Part shown: positions 23,961-36,135 of the stretch, piece after piece
How positions within the stretch are numbered: position 1 is the stretch's first letter
Layout: every line of letters begins with the position of its first letter
Source of the DNA: Chiloscyllium plagiosum
Taxonomy: Eukaryota
Assembly: GCF_004010195.1 (NCBI RefSeq)
Contig: NC_057718.1
Coordinates: 93,274,561 to 93,338,560, forward strand
Reading direction: 5' to 3'
Length of the DNA stretch: 64,000 nt
Position numbers and translations under genes: made by a program
The notes under the pieces: generated by a model
Databases searched by the model: none
Seen by the model: the letters and a program-made list of their open reading frames with translations, nothing else
What the model was told of the DNA's origin: nothing

Positions 23961-26070
23961 CACCTTGCTGCCCAAATGTTACCTACCTCTGTAACCTTAT
24001 TAAGAAGCATTGAAGATGTGATGATGAGGATTTGGGATTTGGGGAGGGAGGCATGATGGGTCATATGGCTCACCTACAACTCACGTGGTCTGCCCCTTTT
24101 CATTGTCTACATTGTGGAAACAAGCTGACAAGTTCACCCTGTTGGCACAGAGACGGGCACGATCTCTGGCAGCCTGGGCTCTTGAAAGCTTTTACGCTGC
24201 CCTGTTCAAAGTTAAAGGACTCTGAGCGTCTCTGGCCACAGCACTGTTTGCTGCTGAGTTTGTATAATCCTCTTGCCGATTTCCGACGACCGGCAAAAAT
24301 CACAAACCGGCTTGGGAGAAAGATTGCTCGGAAATGTAGGGAGGGTTGGGGGAACCATGGTGTCAGAGTAGGAGGGAGATGGACAGAGCAAAAGCTCAAG
24401 TCAAAGGTGCTTCCTTTGAAAACAACCTCAGCCGGACGCTCCATAGTTGGTCCCAAGCCAATCATGTTCCTGTGTTCAGTGTGTAAGAAAATAAATGATT
24501 TCACCACCTACAGGCTCGGGCATCTGAATGGGGAAGAAGTGATCTCACTCTGTGTACTGAAATCCTCTTTTGTAAATGAGCTGGTCCTACCACAGTGCTT
24601 TGGCAATAAATGACCTCACCTGACATTGCTCCTCAAATAAACTGGGTCAGTAGGAGTGTGAATGGGGTGGGGGAGGGTGGAACATGGGTTGGGGTGGGGA
24701 AATAAAATAATGCTCAAGCAGCGTGCCTCCTCCGCCCAGGTCTCCCGACTGCTAAAAACATACATTGTTGCCCACACGGCCTCCTGCGTTTGCAAGGTCC
24801 ATCCAGCAAGACTCACTACTGCACTACTGTGCAAAAAGAAAAGCCTCCATCTGGATGCATACTCTCTGCGGCCTCTCGCAGACTGACAACAGATGTCCAC
24901 CATAAATCCTGTTGACCCTCGGAGACACTTTCAACATTCTCCAAGTCCATTTTTCTTGCAGCAGTCTGACCCATTCCGCAATGAGCTTCACCGGTCAACA
25001 CCTGACAAAACTCTGAGAGCAGTAACATTGCAACTTAATAGGTCTTTTGTATGTCTCATAACCTGAGCTGCGAGGAGACGAAGATGAATTAAATTCTAAT
25101 TGGGAGAAGTAATAGCTTCAGTAGTCCCTTCACAACTTGTTCTAGTGTACCCATGGGAGCACTATTAACGCAGTTACAATCCAACTTCTGTTACATGTTC
25201 TGGATACTAAATGTTGACCTATCCTCATAAAATAACACTCAGAAGCTCCTCCAAACAATGGTATCGAGTATCTTGTAGCACAATCAAATGTGACTAACTT
25301 GTTAAAGCTTCTTCTATTTAATTAAATCTGAATGATGTGTTCAAAATAAAATTTAATACACAAAAGGAGCTTTAATTTTTTTAGCATATTGAGCATAATC
25401 TGTGACATTATTTTACCATGGATTATTTGTTCAGTTGTGAACATTTTACACAAAACACTGTTTAAGGATAAACAAAGATGGGAAACAGTCTCATAAGTTG
25501 TACATACAAGAATTGCTGTGAATTGTGTCTTTATTTTGAGGTGGAAAGGTGTCACCAACATAAATTAATTTGAGGAATTAACAGATGTTATAGACACTAA
25601 AACCAATCAAAGGTATTATTTTCCCTCCTGCCTAACGTTTCCCAATTTTCATTTTGTCCCAAACTGGTCGGAATTGGATATTGCTATAATTGAAGTATTT
25701 GAACGTGTCAGAAAAACCTTTCAAAGAACCAAGCTGGGTAAGGTTCAGAAAAGATTTACCAACATATTGCCAGGAATGGAAGGCTTGAGTTACGGGGAGA
25801 GGCTGGATAAACTGGGACTTTTGTCTCTGCAGCACAGGAGATTGAAGGGTGACGGTATTGAGGTTTTTAAAATCATGAGGAATGTCAATAAGGTGAATGA
25901 CATTTGTCTTTGTCCTATGTGGGGGTGGGGGGGGAGGTGGTGGGGGAAGTGGATTTCAAGATGAGGAGACACATTTTTAAGATGAGAGGAGGAACATTAA
26001 TAAAGGACATGAGGGGAAACTTTTTTACATAGAGAGTGGTTTGCGTATGGAATGAACTTCCAGAGGAAGT

Positions 26071-26279
26071 CAGAAGTCACATGACACTAGGTTATAGTCT
26101 AACAGATTTATTTGAACTCACAAACTTTCGGAGTGCTGCTCCTTCGTCAGGTGAAGTCACCCTTGACGATGGAGCAGCGCTCAAAAACTTTGTGATTTAT
26201 AATAAACCTGTTGGATTATAACCTGGTGTCATGTGACTTCTGACTTTGTCCACCCCTGTCCAACACCGGCACCTCCGCA
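26071..26279 (+). mobile_element. Short PLE (family B) fold-back insertion
   Basis: 13-bp TSD ttccagaggaagt at 26058-26070 and 26280-26292. Inverted arms of about 85 bp. Confidence 0.85.
26122..26150 (-). ncRNA. Minimal hammerhead ribozyme motif
   Basis: Minus strand reads CTGACGA-A-GGAGCAGCACTCC-GAAA-GTTT. Confidence 0.6.
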
Positions 26280-27354
26280 TTCCAGAGGAAGTGGTGAGTG
26301 TGGATACAGTTACAGTGTTTAAAAGATCCTTGGATGAGTACATGAATAGGAAAGGTTTGGAAGGATAGGGGCCAAGTGCATGCAGGTGGGACTAGTTTAG
26401 TTTGGGATTATGTTTGGCATGGACTGGTTGGAGCAAGAGGTCTTTTCTTGTGCTGCATGACTCTAAAAAGATGTGGAAAGGACCTTTCTATAAGGCAAAT
26501 CTTTGAAGAGCTGAAGGCACAACAGGGTTTGGGCAGAATCTTCCCTGCCCTGGACAATATGAGCTGTCACGTGCAAGGTAAAACCAGGTGCGATGGTCAA
26601 AGAAGAACTTCCTGATGCCAAAAGCAAGAAGTCACATGTTTGAATCAAATTTTAAACTGAGAGATGATTCTCTCACTAATGAACAGCAAAAGGCCTACTT
26701 GTATGTTTTAGCAAGCATTAACATCCTCATCATCAAGTTGCCTAGCCTCGTTGATAGGCGGTTTCCCATTCTTCCAACCCATGAATAGATATTAGACAAA
26801 TTCCGATGGAATGTCAGAGTGGATACCTGGTGCCTCCTTGTTGCTATGGGCCTCCATTAGTCCCCAATACCTCAGGGTGTTCTCCATGAGCAGTGACTGC
26901 ACACACCCCTTATCCAACAAGAAGCTCAGGTCCCTGCTGGTGAAGTAGCGCCCAATGTGTCTGTATCTGCCTTTTATGGGGCAATTGACAGAGACTTTGT
27001 TTGGCACCTGTGGCCTGCCAACATTTGGCCCCGGTGCGCAGATTGGTTTAAAGATGGCATTAGCTTCAGGAATCCTGGCAGTGGCCAGTCCATGCCACTG
27101 ATGTCAAGTGGGAAAATATGACGGGCAGGTTACCATTGGGATGAGATTGGGAGGATAGCATGTGAAAAACCCATTGGGAGTCACAGAGAGGAACCCTCCT
27201 CGACACTTGTTCACAATGACACTTAGCCGCTTCCTGATAAGAATCAGCACTTTGATTGCAAGATCTTCTATCCTGCTGGTTTGAATGAAGGAAATTGTTT
27301 TTAAAATGCCCAAAGAATTGCATCATTGAAATAGAACATGATTTGTTATTGTCA

Positions 27355-27695
27355 GGTCATAGGCAACATGGAAGTAGACCTTTCTTTCCAACTAGTCCAT
27401 GCTGACGAGATATCCCAAATTGATCTAGTCCCATTTGCCAGCACTTGGCGCATATCCCTCCAAAGCCATCCTATTCACATGCCTTTTAAATGTTACAATT
27501 GTTCCAGACTCCACCACTTCCTCTGGCATACACGTATCACCCTCTGTGTTCGGTCCCTTCGGTCCCTTTTAATTCTTTCCCCTCTCACCGTAAACCTATG
27601 CCCTCTAGTTTTGGACTCTATTACCCTGAGAAAAGGACCTTGGCCTATTCACCCTGTCAATGACCCTCATGATTTAATAATTTTTTATAAGGTCA
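27355..27695 (-). mobile_element. CR1/HER1 LINE 3' fragment
   Basis: Homologous to 16750-17100. Confidence 0.8.
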
Positions 27696-28541
27696 ACACA
27701 AGTTTGTTCCACTAACCACAATAAGGAGTTTCTGGCTCAGCCAGAGGCTAATGATTATGGTTGAGCCAGTTCCATACATTCCTCACCGGCTATCTGCTGC
27801 ACGATAACTAGACGTTAACCCCTACCATAGGGATAGTGATACCAGTTCCAAACAGTCCATTTCTGGGCTAATTTTGTTCCCCATTTCTAAGCTAACTGAA
27901 ACAATAGGAAGCAGAAGAGTGAAATCAGCTTACCCAGAGCTATGTTGAAATGACAGTGACTGGGGAAGAAGAATTGTGGATTAATCGGATTATGTCCACA
28001 CTTCAATCCAACCCAGATCTGAACTGGAAAGCACAGGTGAGATGGCTTTGTCTTGAATGCGTCTGGGGCCATTCCTGGCATTTCACAGATACCTTCTCTC
28101 ACCATGTCTCCCATGAAGACTCAACGTCGGTTCTCGACAACTGAGAAATAGGATGAACTCTGCTATCCGGCATCTGAAAGGCTAAATTCCGGGGATCGAT
28201 TACCTTCAAAGGAAGCCTTGCATTTTTTTGCACTTCTCACAATCAGACAGTGTCCCAAAGTGCTTTACAGACAACAAACTGTAGATACTGTTATAATGCA
28301 GGAGGTGCAGCAGTGAATTTGCGCAAAGTCAGCTCCCAAAGCAACAATGTGCTAATGACCAGATAATCCCTTTTTGGAATATGGATTAGAGGTTAAATAA
28401 AGGGGATAACTTGAGAGAGCTTCTTCAGAATAGTGCGTTAGGACTTTGTGGTTTCCAATCAGCCCAGATTGGGCTCTAGTTTATAAATCAGCAGAAAAAA
28501 GCAACTTCAACAACACAGAGCTCCCTCACTTCGCTAGTATA

Positions 28542-28809
28542 CCCCGAGAATGCAACTTTAAAAAAAAGGGTTTTGTGATTTACACATGAAAGAAGTGAAA
28601 CTATCACTGTATTCTAACAGATGAAAGGCTTAACAGACAATCAATTCTTCAATGTATAATTTCAGTTACATCACACTGCAAATTTTTGCTATAAATTCTG
28701 TGTTACGATCGAGCCCTCCACAATCACCTGATGAAGGAGTGTCGCTCCGAAAGCTAGTGTGCTTCCAATTAAACCTGTTGGACTATAACCTGGTGTTGTG
28801 TGATTTTTA
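28542..28809 (+). mobile_element. PLE family B 3' end/pLTR insertion
   Basis: 14-bp TSD acttcgctagtata at 28528-28541 and 28810-28823. Confidence 0.85.
28728..28756 (+). ncRNA. Minimal hammerhead ribozyme motif
   Basis: CTGATGA-A-GGAGT-GTC-GCTCC-GAAA-GCTA, with intact core and palindromic AGCT stem III. Confidence 0.72.
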
Positions 28810-28826
28810 ACTTCGCTAGTATAGTA

Positions 28827-29133
28827 TTAGATTAGATTATGTACAATGTGGAAACAGGCCAGTTGGCCCAACACATTCACATCAACCCTCTGAAGAGTAA
28901 CCCACCCAGCCCCATTCTCTAACTTTTACCTCTGACTCATGCACCTAACACTATGGGTAATTTAGCACGGCCAATTCACCTAACCTGCACATCTTTGGAT
29001 TGTGGAAGGAAACCCACACAGGTATGGAGAGAACATGCAAACTCCACACAGATAATTGCCTGAGGCAGGGATCAAACTTAGGTCCCTGGCACTGTGAGGC
29101 AGCAGTGCTAACCATTGAGCCACCATGCTGCCC
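28827..29133 (-). mobile_element. HE1 SINE
   Basis: Full-length reverse-complement copy, with tattag on both sides. Confidence 0.88.
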
Positions 29134-29294
29134 CTATTAGGCTTAACTTCACTACTTAAGTTAAAGAATTACAGTTGAATTTGCAACCTTATAATGTCAC
29201 GGTGACAACATTATCAAACTGAGCTGGGGCTGACCAAGTGTCCAGTTACAGTCTACACTGATATTCATTTAATAAGACCTAGGAGAATTAATAT

Positions 29295-29535
29295 GACATA
29301 GGAGCAGAAATTAGGCCATTTAGTCCATCGAGTCCGCTCTGCCATTCAAACATGGCTGACAAGCTTCTCAAAACCATTCTGTCCCTTTCTCCCCATAACC
29401 CTTGATCCCCTTGATAATCAAGAATCTGTCTATCTCAGTCTTAAATATACTGAATGACTGGCCTCCATAGCCTTCTGAGGCAACGAATTCCATAGATTCT
29501 CCACTCTCTGGCTGAAGAAGTTTCTCCTTATCTCC
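29295..29535 (-). mobile_element. CR1 LINE 3' fragment
   Basis: EIRRNFFSQRVENLWNSLPQKAMEA. Confidence 0.85.
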
Positions 29536-29859
29536 ATGGTGGTGAAGAAAGAGGAAAAATAGACTCCCTTTTTACTCTCAAAGGGGGTCTCTTGTTTCAC
29601 CTCTGGAAAGACAGAATGCTGTTCTGATTTTCTGCAACAGTTAGAGGTGATCACCTTAAAGATATGGACCCCTCAGGGTTTACATACAATAATGGCCGTC
29701 ACCCCATTCCTATGAAGTGTACAACACTGGCCATGATGTCTGTGTATATCCTTCTTGGATTGTCCAGTTCTGTGTCACAAATGAACCTAGGTCCCCAGAT
29801 GTGGTTATGACATGATTTCAAGGAATTAGGGAGATTGATCTGAAGGATTTTGGGGTCCC

Positions 29860-30312
29860 TTATACAGTTCTGATCTCCTCACTTAAGATGGGATATAAAT
29901 TGGGAGAATCTCAAGTCATTCCTGGGATGAAGGGGATGTTTTATGAGAGACAATTGCATCTATATCTATTGGTGTTTAGAAATAGGATGCTTTGAATCAA
30001 GCATGAGATCCTAAAGGAGCTTGAAAGGGAGGAAGCTGACAAATTATCTCACATTATGAGACAGACAACAACAAGAAGGTACAGTTTAAAAATAAGGGAT
30101 CTCCCACTTCAGATGGAAACTCTTCTCTCAGACATTTGGAAGCATTTTCTTTCCCAGATGGTGGAGACACAATTGTCGAGCATTTTAAAGGCTGAGTTAA
30201 ATAGTGAAAAGGGTGTCAAAAGAATAGTGGGTGCACGCAGGAATGCAGAGATAAAACTACAGACAGATCTGCCTTCATCTTATCAAGTGGTGGGGCATGC
30301 TTGAGGGGCCTG
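29860..30312 (+). mobile_element. Highly degenerate CR1 fragment
   Basis: attcctgggatgaagggg, TRRYSLKIR-like segment. Confidence 0.5.
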
Positions 30313-30350
30313 GAAAACATTATCCTCCTCATTGCCCAAAGCATTATCCT

Positions 30351-30484
30351 CATTGCCCATAGTGTTAGGTGCATTAGTCAAACGGAAATGGGTCTGGGTG
30401 GATTACTCTTCGGAGGGGCGGTGTGGACTGGTTGGGCTGAAGGGCCTGTTTACACACTGTAGGGAATCTAAACAATCTAACCTA
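30351..30484 (+). mobile_element. HE1 SINE 3' part
   Basis: attgcccatagtgttagg..gggcctgtttacacactgtagggaatcta. Confidence 0.8.
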
Positions 30485-30767
30485 ATTCATGTTTTTGTAT
30501 CGACACATTAATCCTGCATTTCGGAGTAGGCTTTTTGTCTCTTGTCAAGTGATGCACAGTTTATTGAGGTTAGAGGTTACACAGCACCATGCTATAGTCC
30601 AACAGATTGAAATCACTTTTTCTTAATTTTTCATTGTGGACTGAAATGGGAAAGGGGTACATTTCAAAGCCATGGATTACTGCATGGTGTTGAAAATATG
30701 AAACGTGAAACACATTGTAAGAACTGATAACACAGCCATTGGTTCCATCAACAGTTTAGAAGCTTGA

Positions 30768-31078
30768 CATAGAATCATAGAATCCCTACAGTGTGGAAGC
30801 AAATCATTCCACCCATTGAGACCACACTGACCCTCTGAAGTCTCCCAAGACCCAACCCTGTATTTTTCCCACGGCTAATCCACCTTACCTACTCTTCCCT
30901 GGACACTGTGGGCAATTTAGTATGGCCAATCCTCTTAACCTGTAGAGCTTTGGACTAACACGCAGACACAGGGAGAACCTGCATACTTCACAAAGATCGT
31001 CACCTGAGGGTGGAATTGAATCCAGGAACCTGGCAGTGTAAGGCAGCAGGGCTAACTACTGGGCCACTGGGCCATGCC
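30768..31078 (-). mobile_element. HE1 SINE
   Basis: Reverse-complement copy. Confidence 0.8.
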
Positions 31079-31603
31079 AGGGCATCATCCAGGACAAAGC
31101 AACTCGTCTGATGGGCACCACACCCACAAACATCCACTCCTTCGTCAGGTGGACATCTCGTCCACCCAGTCCAACACTGACACCTCCACAATATGGCTTC
31201 CAGTTTAGTGAAGTAGTGTTGGTTTTCTTCTTGGCCAAATCTGTCAAGGCCTGGATCAGGGCCTAAAGGAGGTCTGGGAAAATAAGTCATTTTTGAGTCT
31301 CCTTACTGGCCTAGTGAAGCAGGAGGGGCCCACCCTGGAAAACCATGGGTCTCTTTCTATTCAGGATTTCCCCCTTGCTCCCCGATCAGGATTCTTCTGC
31401 TGAATACTGGAAATTGCTCACTTAGTGGCATCCTCCTACTCGATTTGGCTGGGGCCAAAGGGTCTGTTTCCATGCTGTGCATCTCTATTACTCTGTGACT
31501 CTATACAGCAATAGGTGTCAACATGGTCAAAATGTCCAGTGTGAATATTAGTGAATGAATGAATATGATATAGGGTACGGTGAAACTCATGGATAGGCAA
31601 GCT

Positions 31604-31862
31604 GGCACGGTGGCTCAGTGGTTAGCCTTGCTGCCTCACAGCATCAGGGATCTGGGTTTGATTCCAGCCTTGGGTAACTGTCTGTGTGGAGTTTGCACAG
31701 TCTCCCTGTATCTGTGTGGGTTTCCTTCCACAGACCAAAGATGTGCAGGTTAGATGGATTGGCCATGGGAAATGCAGGGTTATGGGGAAAGAGTGAGATG
31801 TTCTTTGGAGGATTGGTATGGGCTGGATGGTCTTCTTCCATGATGTAGGGATTATATGATAT
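31604..31862 (+). mobile_element. HE1 SINE
   Basis: ggcacggtggctcagtggttagc head plus V-domain. Confidence 0.85.
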
Positions 31863-31964
31863 GAGTATGCCAGGTGGATGCGGTAATAGGTGGATCAGTT
31901 ACTCAGGGTTTCTAAGATACCATGTTAATGATCCTAACCCTAACTCTATCACAGCCAGGATACA

Positions 31965-32077
31965 GCACCGCTCCGAAAGCTAGTGTGCTTCCAATTAAAC
32001 TTGTTGGACTGTAACCCTGGTGTTGTGTGACTTTTAACTTTGTACACCCCAGTCCAACACCTGCATCTCCAAATCAT
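31965..32077 (+). mobile_element. PLE family B pLTR 3' fragment including terminal tail
   Basis: cgctccgaaagctagtgtgcttccaattaaac..tgtacaccccagtccaacacctgcatctccaaatcat. Confidence 0.8.
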
Positions 32078-33355
32078 AGAACATAGAACATAAAACATAG
32101 AACAATACAGCACAGAACAGGCCCTTTGGCCCACAATGTTGTGCCGAACATTTGTCCTAGCTTAAGCACCCATCCATGTACCTATCCAATTGCTGCTTAA
32201 AGGTCACCAACGATTCTGACTACCACTCCCACAGGCAGTGCATTCCATGCCCCCACCACTCTCTGGTAAAGAACCCACCCCTGACATCTCCCCTATACCT
32301 TCCACCCTTCACCTTAAATTTATGTCCCCTTGTAACACTCTGTTGTACCCGGGGAAAAAGTTTCTGATTGTCTACTCTATCTATTCCTCTGATCATCTTA
32401 TAAACCTCTATCAAGTCACCCCTCATCCTTCGCCGTTCCAANNNNNNNNNNNNNNNNNNNNNNNNNNNNNNNNNNNNNNNNNNNNNNNNNNNNNNNNNNN
32501 NNNNNNNNNNNNNNNNNNNNNNNNNNNNNNNNNNNNNNNNNNNNNNNNNNNNNNNNNNNNNNNNNNNNNNNNNNNNNNNNNNNNNNNNNNNNNNNNNNNN
32601 NNNNNNNNNNNNNNNNNNNNNNNNNNNNNNNNNNNNNNNNNNNNNNNNNNNNNNNNNNNNNNNNNNNNNNNNNNNNNNNNNNNNNNNNNNNNNNNNNNNN
32701 NNNNNNNNNNNNNNNNNNNNNNNNNNNNNNNNNNNNNNNNNNNNNNNNNNNNNNNNNNNNNNNNNNNNNNNNNNNNNNNNNNNNNNNNNNNNNNNNNNNN
32801 NNNNNNNNNNNNNNNNNNNNNNNNNNNNNNNNNNNNNNNNNNNNNNNNNNNNNNNNNNNNNNNNNNNNNNNNNNNNNNNNNNNNNNNNNNNNNNNNNNNN
32901 NNNNNNNNNNNNNNNNNNNNNNNNNNNNNNNNNNNNNNNNNNNNNNNNNNNNNNNNNNNNNNNNNNNNNNNNNNNNNNNNNNNNNNNNNNNNNNNNNNNN
33001 NNNNNNNNNNNNNNNNNNNNNNNNNNNNNNNNNNNNNNNNNNNNNNNNNNNNNNNNNNNNNNNNNNNNNNNNNAGATACTCATAAATCCTATCCTTCAGT
33101 ACCCTTTCCATTACTTTGCCTACCACCGAAGTAAGACTCACTGGCCTGTAATTCCCGGGTTTATTCCTATTCCCTTTTTTGAACAGGGGCACAACATTCG
33201 CCACTCTCCAGTCCCCTGGTACCACCCCCGTTGACAGTGAAGACGAAAAGATCATTGCCAACGGTACTGCAATTTCCTCTCTTGCTTCCCACATAATCCT
33301 AGGATATATCCCGTCAGGCCCGGGGGACTTGTCTATCCTCAAGTTGTTCAAAATG
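32075..33355 (-). mobile_element. Young CR1/HER1 LINE spanning an assembly gap
   Basis: DKSPGPDGIYPR..WRVANVVPLFKKG..PGNYRPVSLTS. The 3' end is nearly identical to 12116-12470. Confidence 0.93.
32442..33073. other. Assembly gap (632 N)
   Basis: Run of N. Confidence 1.
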
Positions 33356-33487
33356 TTAATGATCATGGTTTAAGAATCAATTGCTCCTCAAACTTTCGTT
33401 AACTTTGTGAGTCAGTTTTTATAAATATATGATAAATCATGAAGCAGAAATTACATCAAAATACGATAGTTCTGGGGGGCAGCTTGC

Positions 33488-33615
33488 TCCTGAAGAAGGG
33501 CTTATGCCTGAAACATCGATTTTCCTGCTCCTTGGATGCTGCCTGACCTACTGCGCTTTTCCAGCAACACATTTTCCAGCTCTGACCTCCAGCATCTGCA
33601 GTCCTCACTTTCTCC
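33488..33615 (+). mobile_element. PLE family A pLTR fragment with hammerhead motif
   Basis: cctgaagaagggcttatgcctgaaacatcg..cagtcctcactttctcc. Confidence 0.85.
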
Positions 33616-34067
33616 AAACTAACCACCAGGCAGAGTCCCAACATTGTATGCATACAGCATGTGGAATCATAAAAAGCAAACTCTCTTAATGGCAAGTGAT
33701 TGTACAACTGTGTGCCTAATGGGTGGGATGGCAGGTGGATGAGGTTGCAGGCAGGAAGGTGACATGAGGGCCGTGTGGCAAGTTGGTGAGGTGGGTAGGT
33801 AGTTGAAGTGGGTGGTTGGGTTATTGGGGTCAGTGGATCAGAAGGTAGCTGGGTCAGGTCAGGCTGGTGTGAATATTCAGGATGGAGGCTCATCAAGTTA
33901 GTCAATAACACTTCCAATGCCATCATTCAGGTGGACTGACGAAATCCTCCAGCTCTGTGGTAGAGTTGGAATCTTTTGCAGCGGGATCCAAGGAGTTGAA
34001 GGACTGTCAATTAGAAATTCAAACTTCTTGGGTGATGCCCACAGAGGACTATGTTTTGCAAATTCTG

Positions 34068-34178
34068 CAGGGACCTGGGTTCAATTCTACCCTCAGGTGG
34101 TGGTCTGTGTGGAGTATGCACATTCTCCCCATGTCTGGTTGGGTTAGTCCAAAGATGTGCTGATTAGGTGGATTGGCG
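34068..34178 (+). mobile_element. HE1 SINE fragment
   Basis: gggacctgggttcaattc..tgtggagtatgcacattctcccc. Confidence 0.75.
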
Positions 34179-34773
34179 ATACTGTAGGATCTGTAGGGTC
34201 CCAATGTACATATTAGATTTTACACCTAGTCTCCAACAATTCAGAGACTAGAAGATGTGGGCCAGTTAACGGAAAAGACAAAATGAGGAAAAAATAGACT
34301 GCAATTAAGGAATAGACGTCAAACTGGGGAAGGCAAATGCAGTTGAAAGATAAAGCTCTTTGAAAAATGTAAGTTCAAAGCCTAGAAGTTAATAGACAAA
34401 GTAATTTTGTAAGAATGCAGTAAAACAATATAATTATTAAAATAATCAAACAATATTACACTGTATTATTTCTAGGTTCAAACCCTGAAAAATATTGACC
34501 AACAACATAAGTAGGATTTATATCTGCCTGTCTTGTTACATGAAACCGCGCAAATGGTCTCAGTGTGTTATTTTGAAAGCAATTTAAGTTTTTTTTCTTT
34601 TGGTTTTCAGGCTGCAGTTTAATAATTTCAGGCATTGCACACTGACAAAGAATGCCAGCAGTTTCAGAGCTAAAAATACAACTGATAAGCACAAAAATAA
34701 CTTTTAAAAAAATTATTGCAATAATGTTTAAATAATCTCAAAATTTTAATCATGCAGATGCCCATCAGGGGGG

Positions 34774-34860
34774 AATTCCTGATGAAAGGCTTATGCCAGA
34801 AATATCGATTCTCCTGCTCTTTGGTTTCTGCCTGGCCTGCTGTGCTTTTCCAACACCACA
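34774..34860 (+). mobile_element. PLE family A pLTR fragment
   Basis: ttcctgatgaaaggcttatgccagaaatatcgattctcctgctc, flanked by cagatgccc(a/g)tcag direct repeats. Confidence 0.75.
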
Positions 34861-35011
34861 TGCTTCATTCAGATGCCCGTCAGTTCAGGCTCTAGTTAGT
34901 ACAAAGCTTGCCATAAGAGGAAAGTGTTTTCTTTCATCAAATTTAGTGCATTGGTGGATTTATTTTATATTGGTAACCAGGGTACATCAGAAAATGAGAG
35001 AGCAAAACTTA

Positions 35012-35142
35012 GAATTCCAATAGGGTGGAAGCAGGCCATTCAATCCATTGAACTCACAGTAACCTCCTGGACAGCATCTCACCCAATTCCTCTCGCTCTG
35101 CATTTCCCATGGCTAATCCACCTAGCCTGCACACACTGAGCC
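35012..35142 (-). mobile_element. HE1 SINE, internally deleted
   Basis: Tail plus catttcccatggctaatccacctagcctgcac joined directly to cactgagccac. Confidence 0.65.
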
Positions 35143-36014
35143 ACTGTCACTGTCCTGTCCTCTTTGGTAATTCTGTGAAAACTTGCAAATAAAAATGAAT
35201 TCAAATAGGACATGAGTGTGGAAATTTGTCCTCAAAAGAGCAGTGAGTACAAAATATTTCAGGAGTCAGTCCATTTTATAGTCTACCTAAGAACGAAAAA
35301 ATTCTCTTAACTAAGTTGTTACTTCAATTTTACCACCAGGAGAAAGGGTACAGGTCTTGTAGTTTCATGCCCTTGAGCTGTCAACTTGCTTGCCACACCA
35401 ACAGGTAAAGGTAGCCCGTCAACTCTATTAGCAGACCTTCAATACCGGTTGGTGTAATTTACTGGTATGGTGTTTACTTTGGATTTGATCATTTAACCAA
35501 CTGTTTGTAATTGTTGCTTGGTTGGGACAACTTAGCATGCGAGCGCAAGTACTTTTCTTGAAACCTGCTTTCATTTATTATCCACGTCCACTATTTATTT
35601 GGATCATTTTTTTCTTTTCTCTTCCTGGCTATAGACACAGTTTATAACCAAACTTTCTGTTCATTTATGTTAGACTGTGTTCCTCTATAACTACACTTGC
35701 ATCCACCCGCTTGCTTTATTAGGACTTTATTGGGTCTGCCCAGGTCAATGCCAAATTTGTCTTCTTTATAGTTAAACATGACTATAAAGACTGACTGGAG
35801 TTAAGTCAACTAGTAAAAGAAGAGACGTGTATTCTACTTCTCCTCCTCCATTATATGTGGTCAGTTTTCAATGTATAACTTAGGAAACTTTCTGCATTAT
35901 GTTATAATAAATCTATAATGCATTTTGTTGAAAATCACCTCATTATTTCAAATTACCTTTCGCATTAACAAAGGGATACTGAACCTAAGAAATAAATTTC
36001 TGATATTGGATTAT

Positions 36015-36135
36015 GGGCATTTAAGAGGGCATTGGATAGGCATATGGAGGATAGTGGGCTAGTGTAGGTTAGGCGGCGCAACATCGAGGGCCAAAGGGCC
36101 TGTACTGCGCTGTATTCTTCTATGTTCTATGTTTT
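36015..36135 (+). mobile_element. CR1 LINE 3' tail
   Basis: gcatttaagagggcattggataggcatatg..gggcctgtactgcgctgtattcttctatgttctatg. Confidence 0.8.

Larger units (their letters stand above)
25727..26465 (+). mobile_element. CR1 LINE 3' fragment interrupted by a PLE hairpin
   Basis: KVQKRFTNILPGMEGLSYGERLDKLGL, VWNELPEEV, tail tgctgcatgactcta. Confidence 0.9.
28215..29230 (-). mobile_element. Deu-domain SINE split by PLE and HE1 insertions
   Basis: Reverse complement of the Deu tail and core at 28215-28530 (tcccaaagtgctttacag, ctcccaaagcaacaatgtgctaatgaccagataat). A weak head remnant lies at 29135-29230. Confidence 0.6.

Noticed and set aside
27938..28036. Possible exon SYVEMTVTGEEELWINR..KAQ ending at cag|gtgaga
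   Set aside because: Weak acceptor and no recognisable homology. Would need RNA-seq.
32220..33366. Long ORFs of 287-316 aa
   Set aside because: Artefacts of translating through the N gap. The real parts are CR1.
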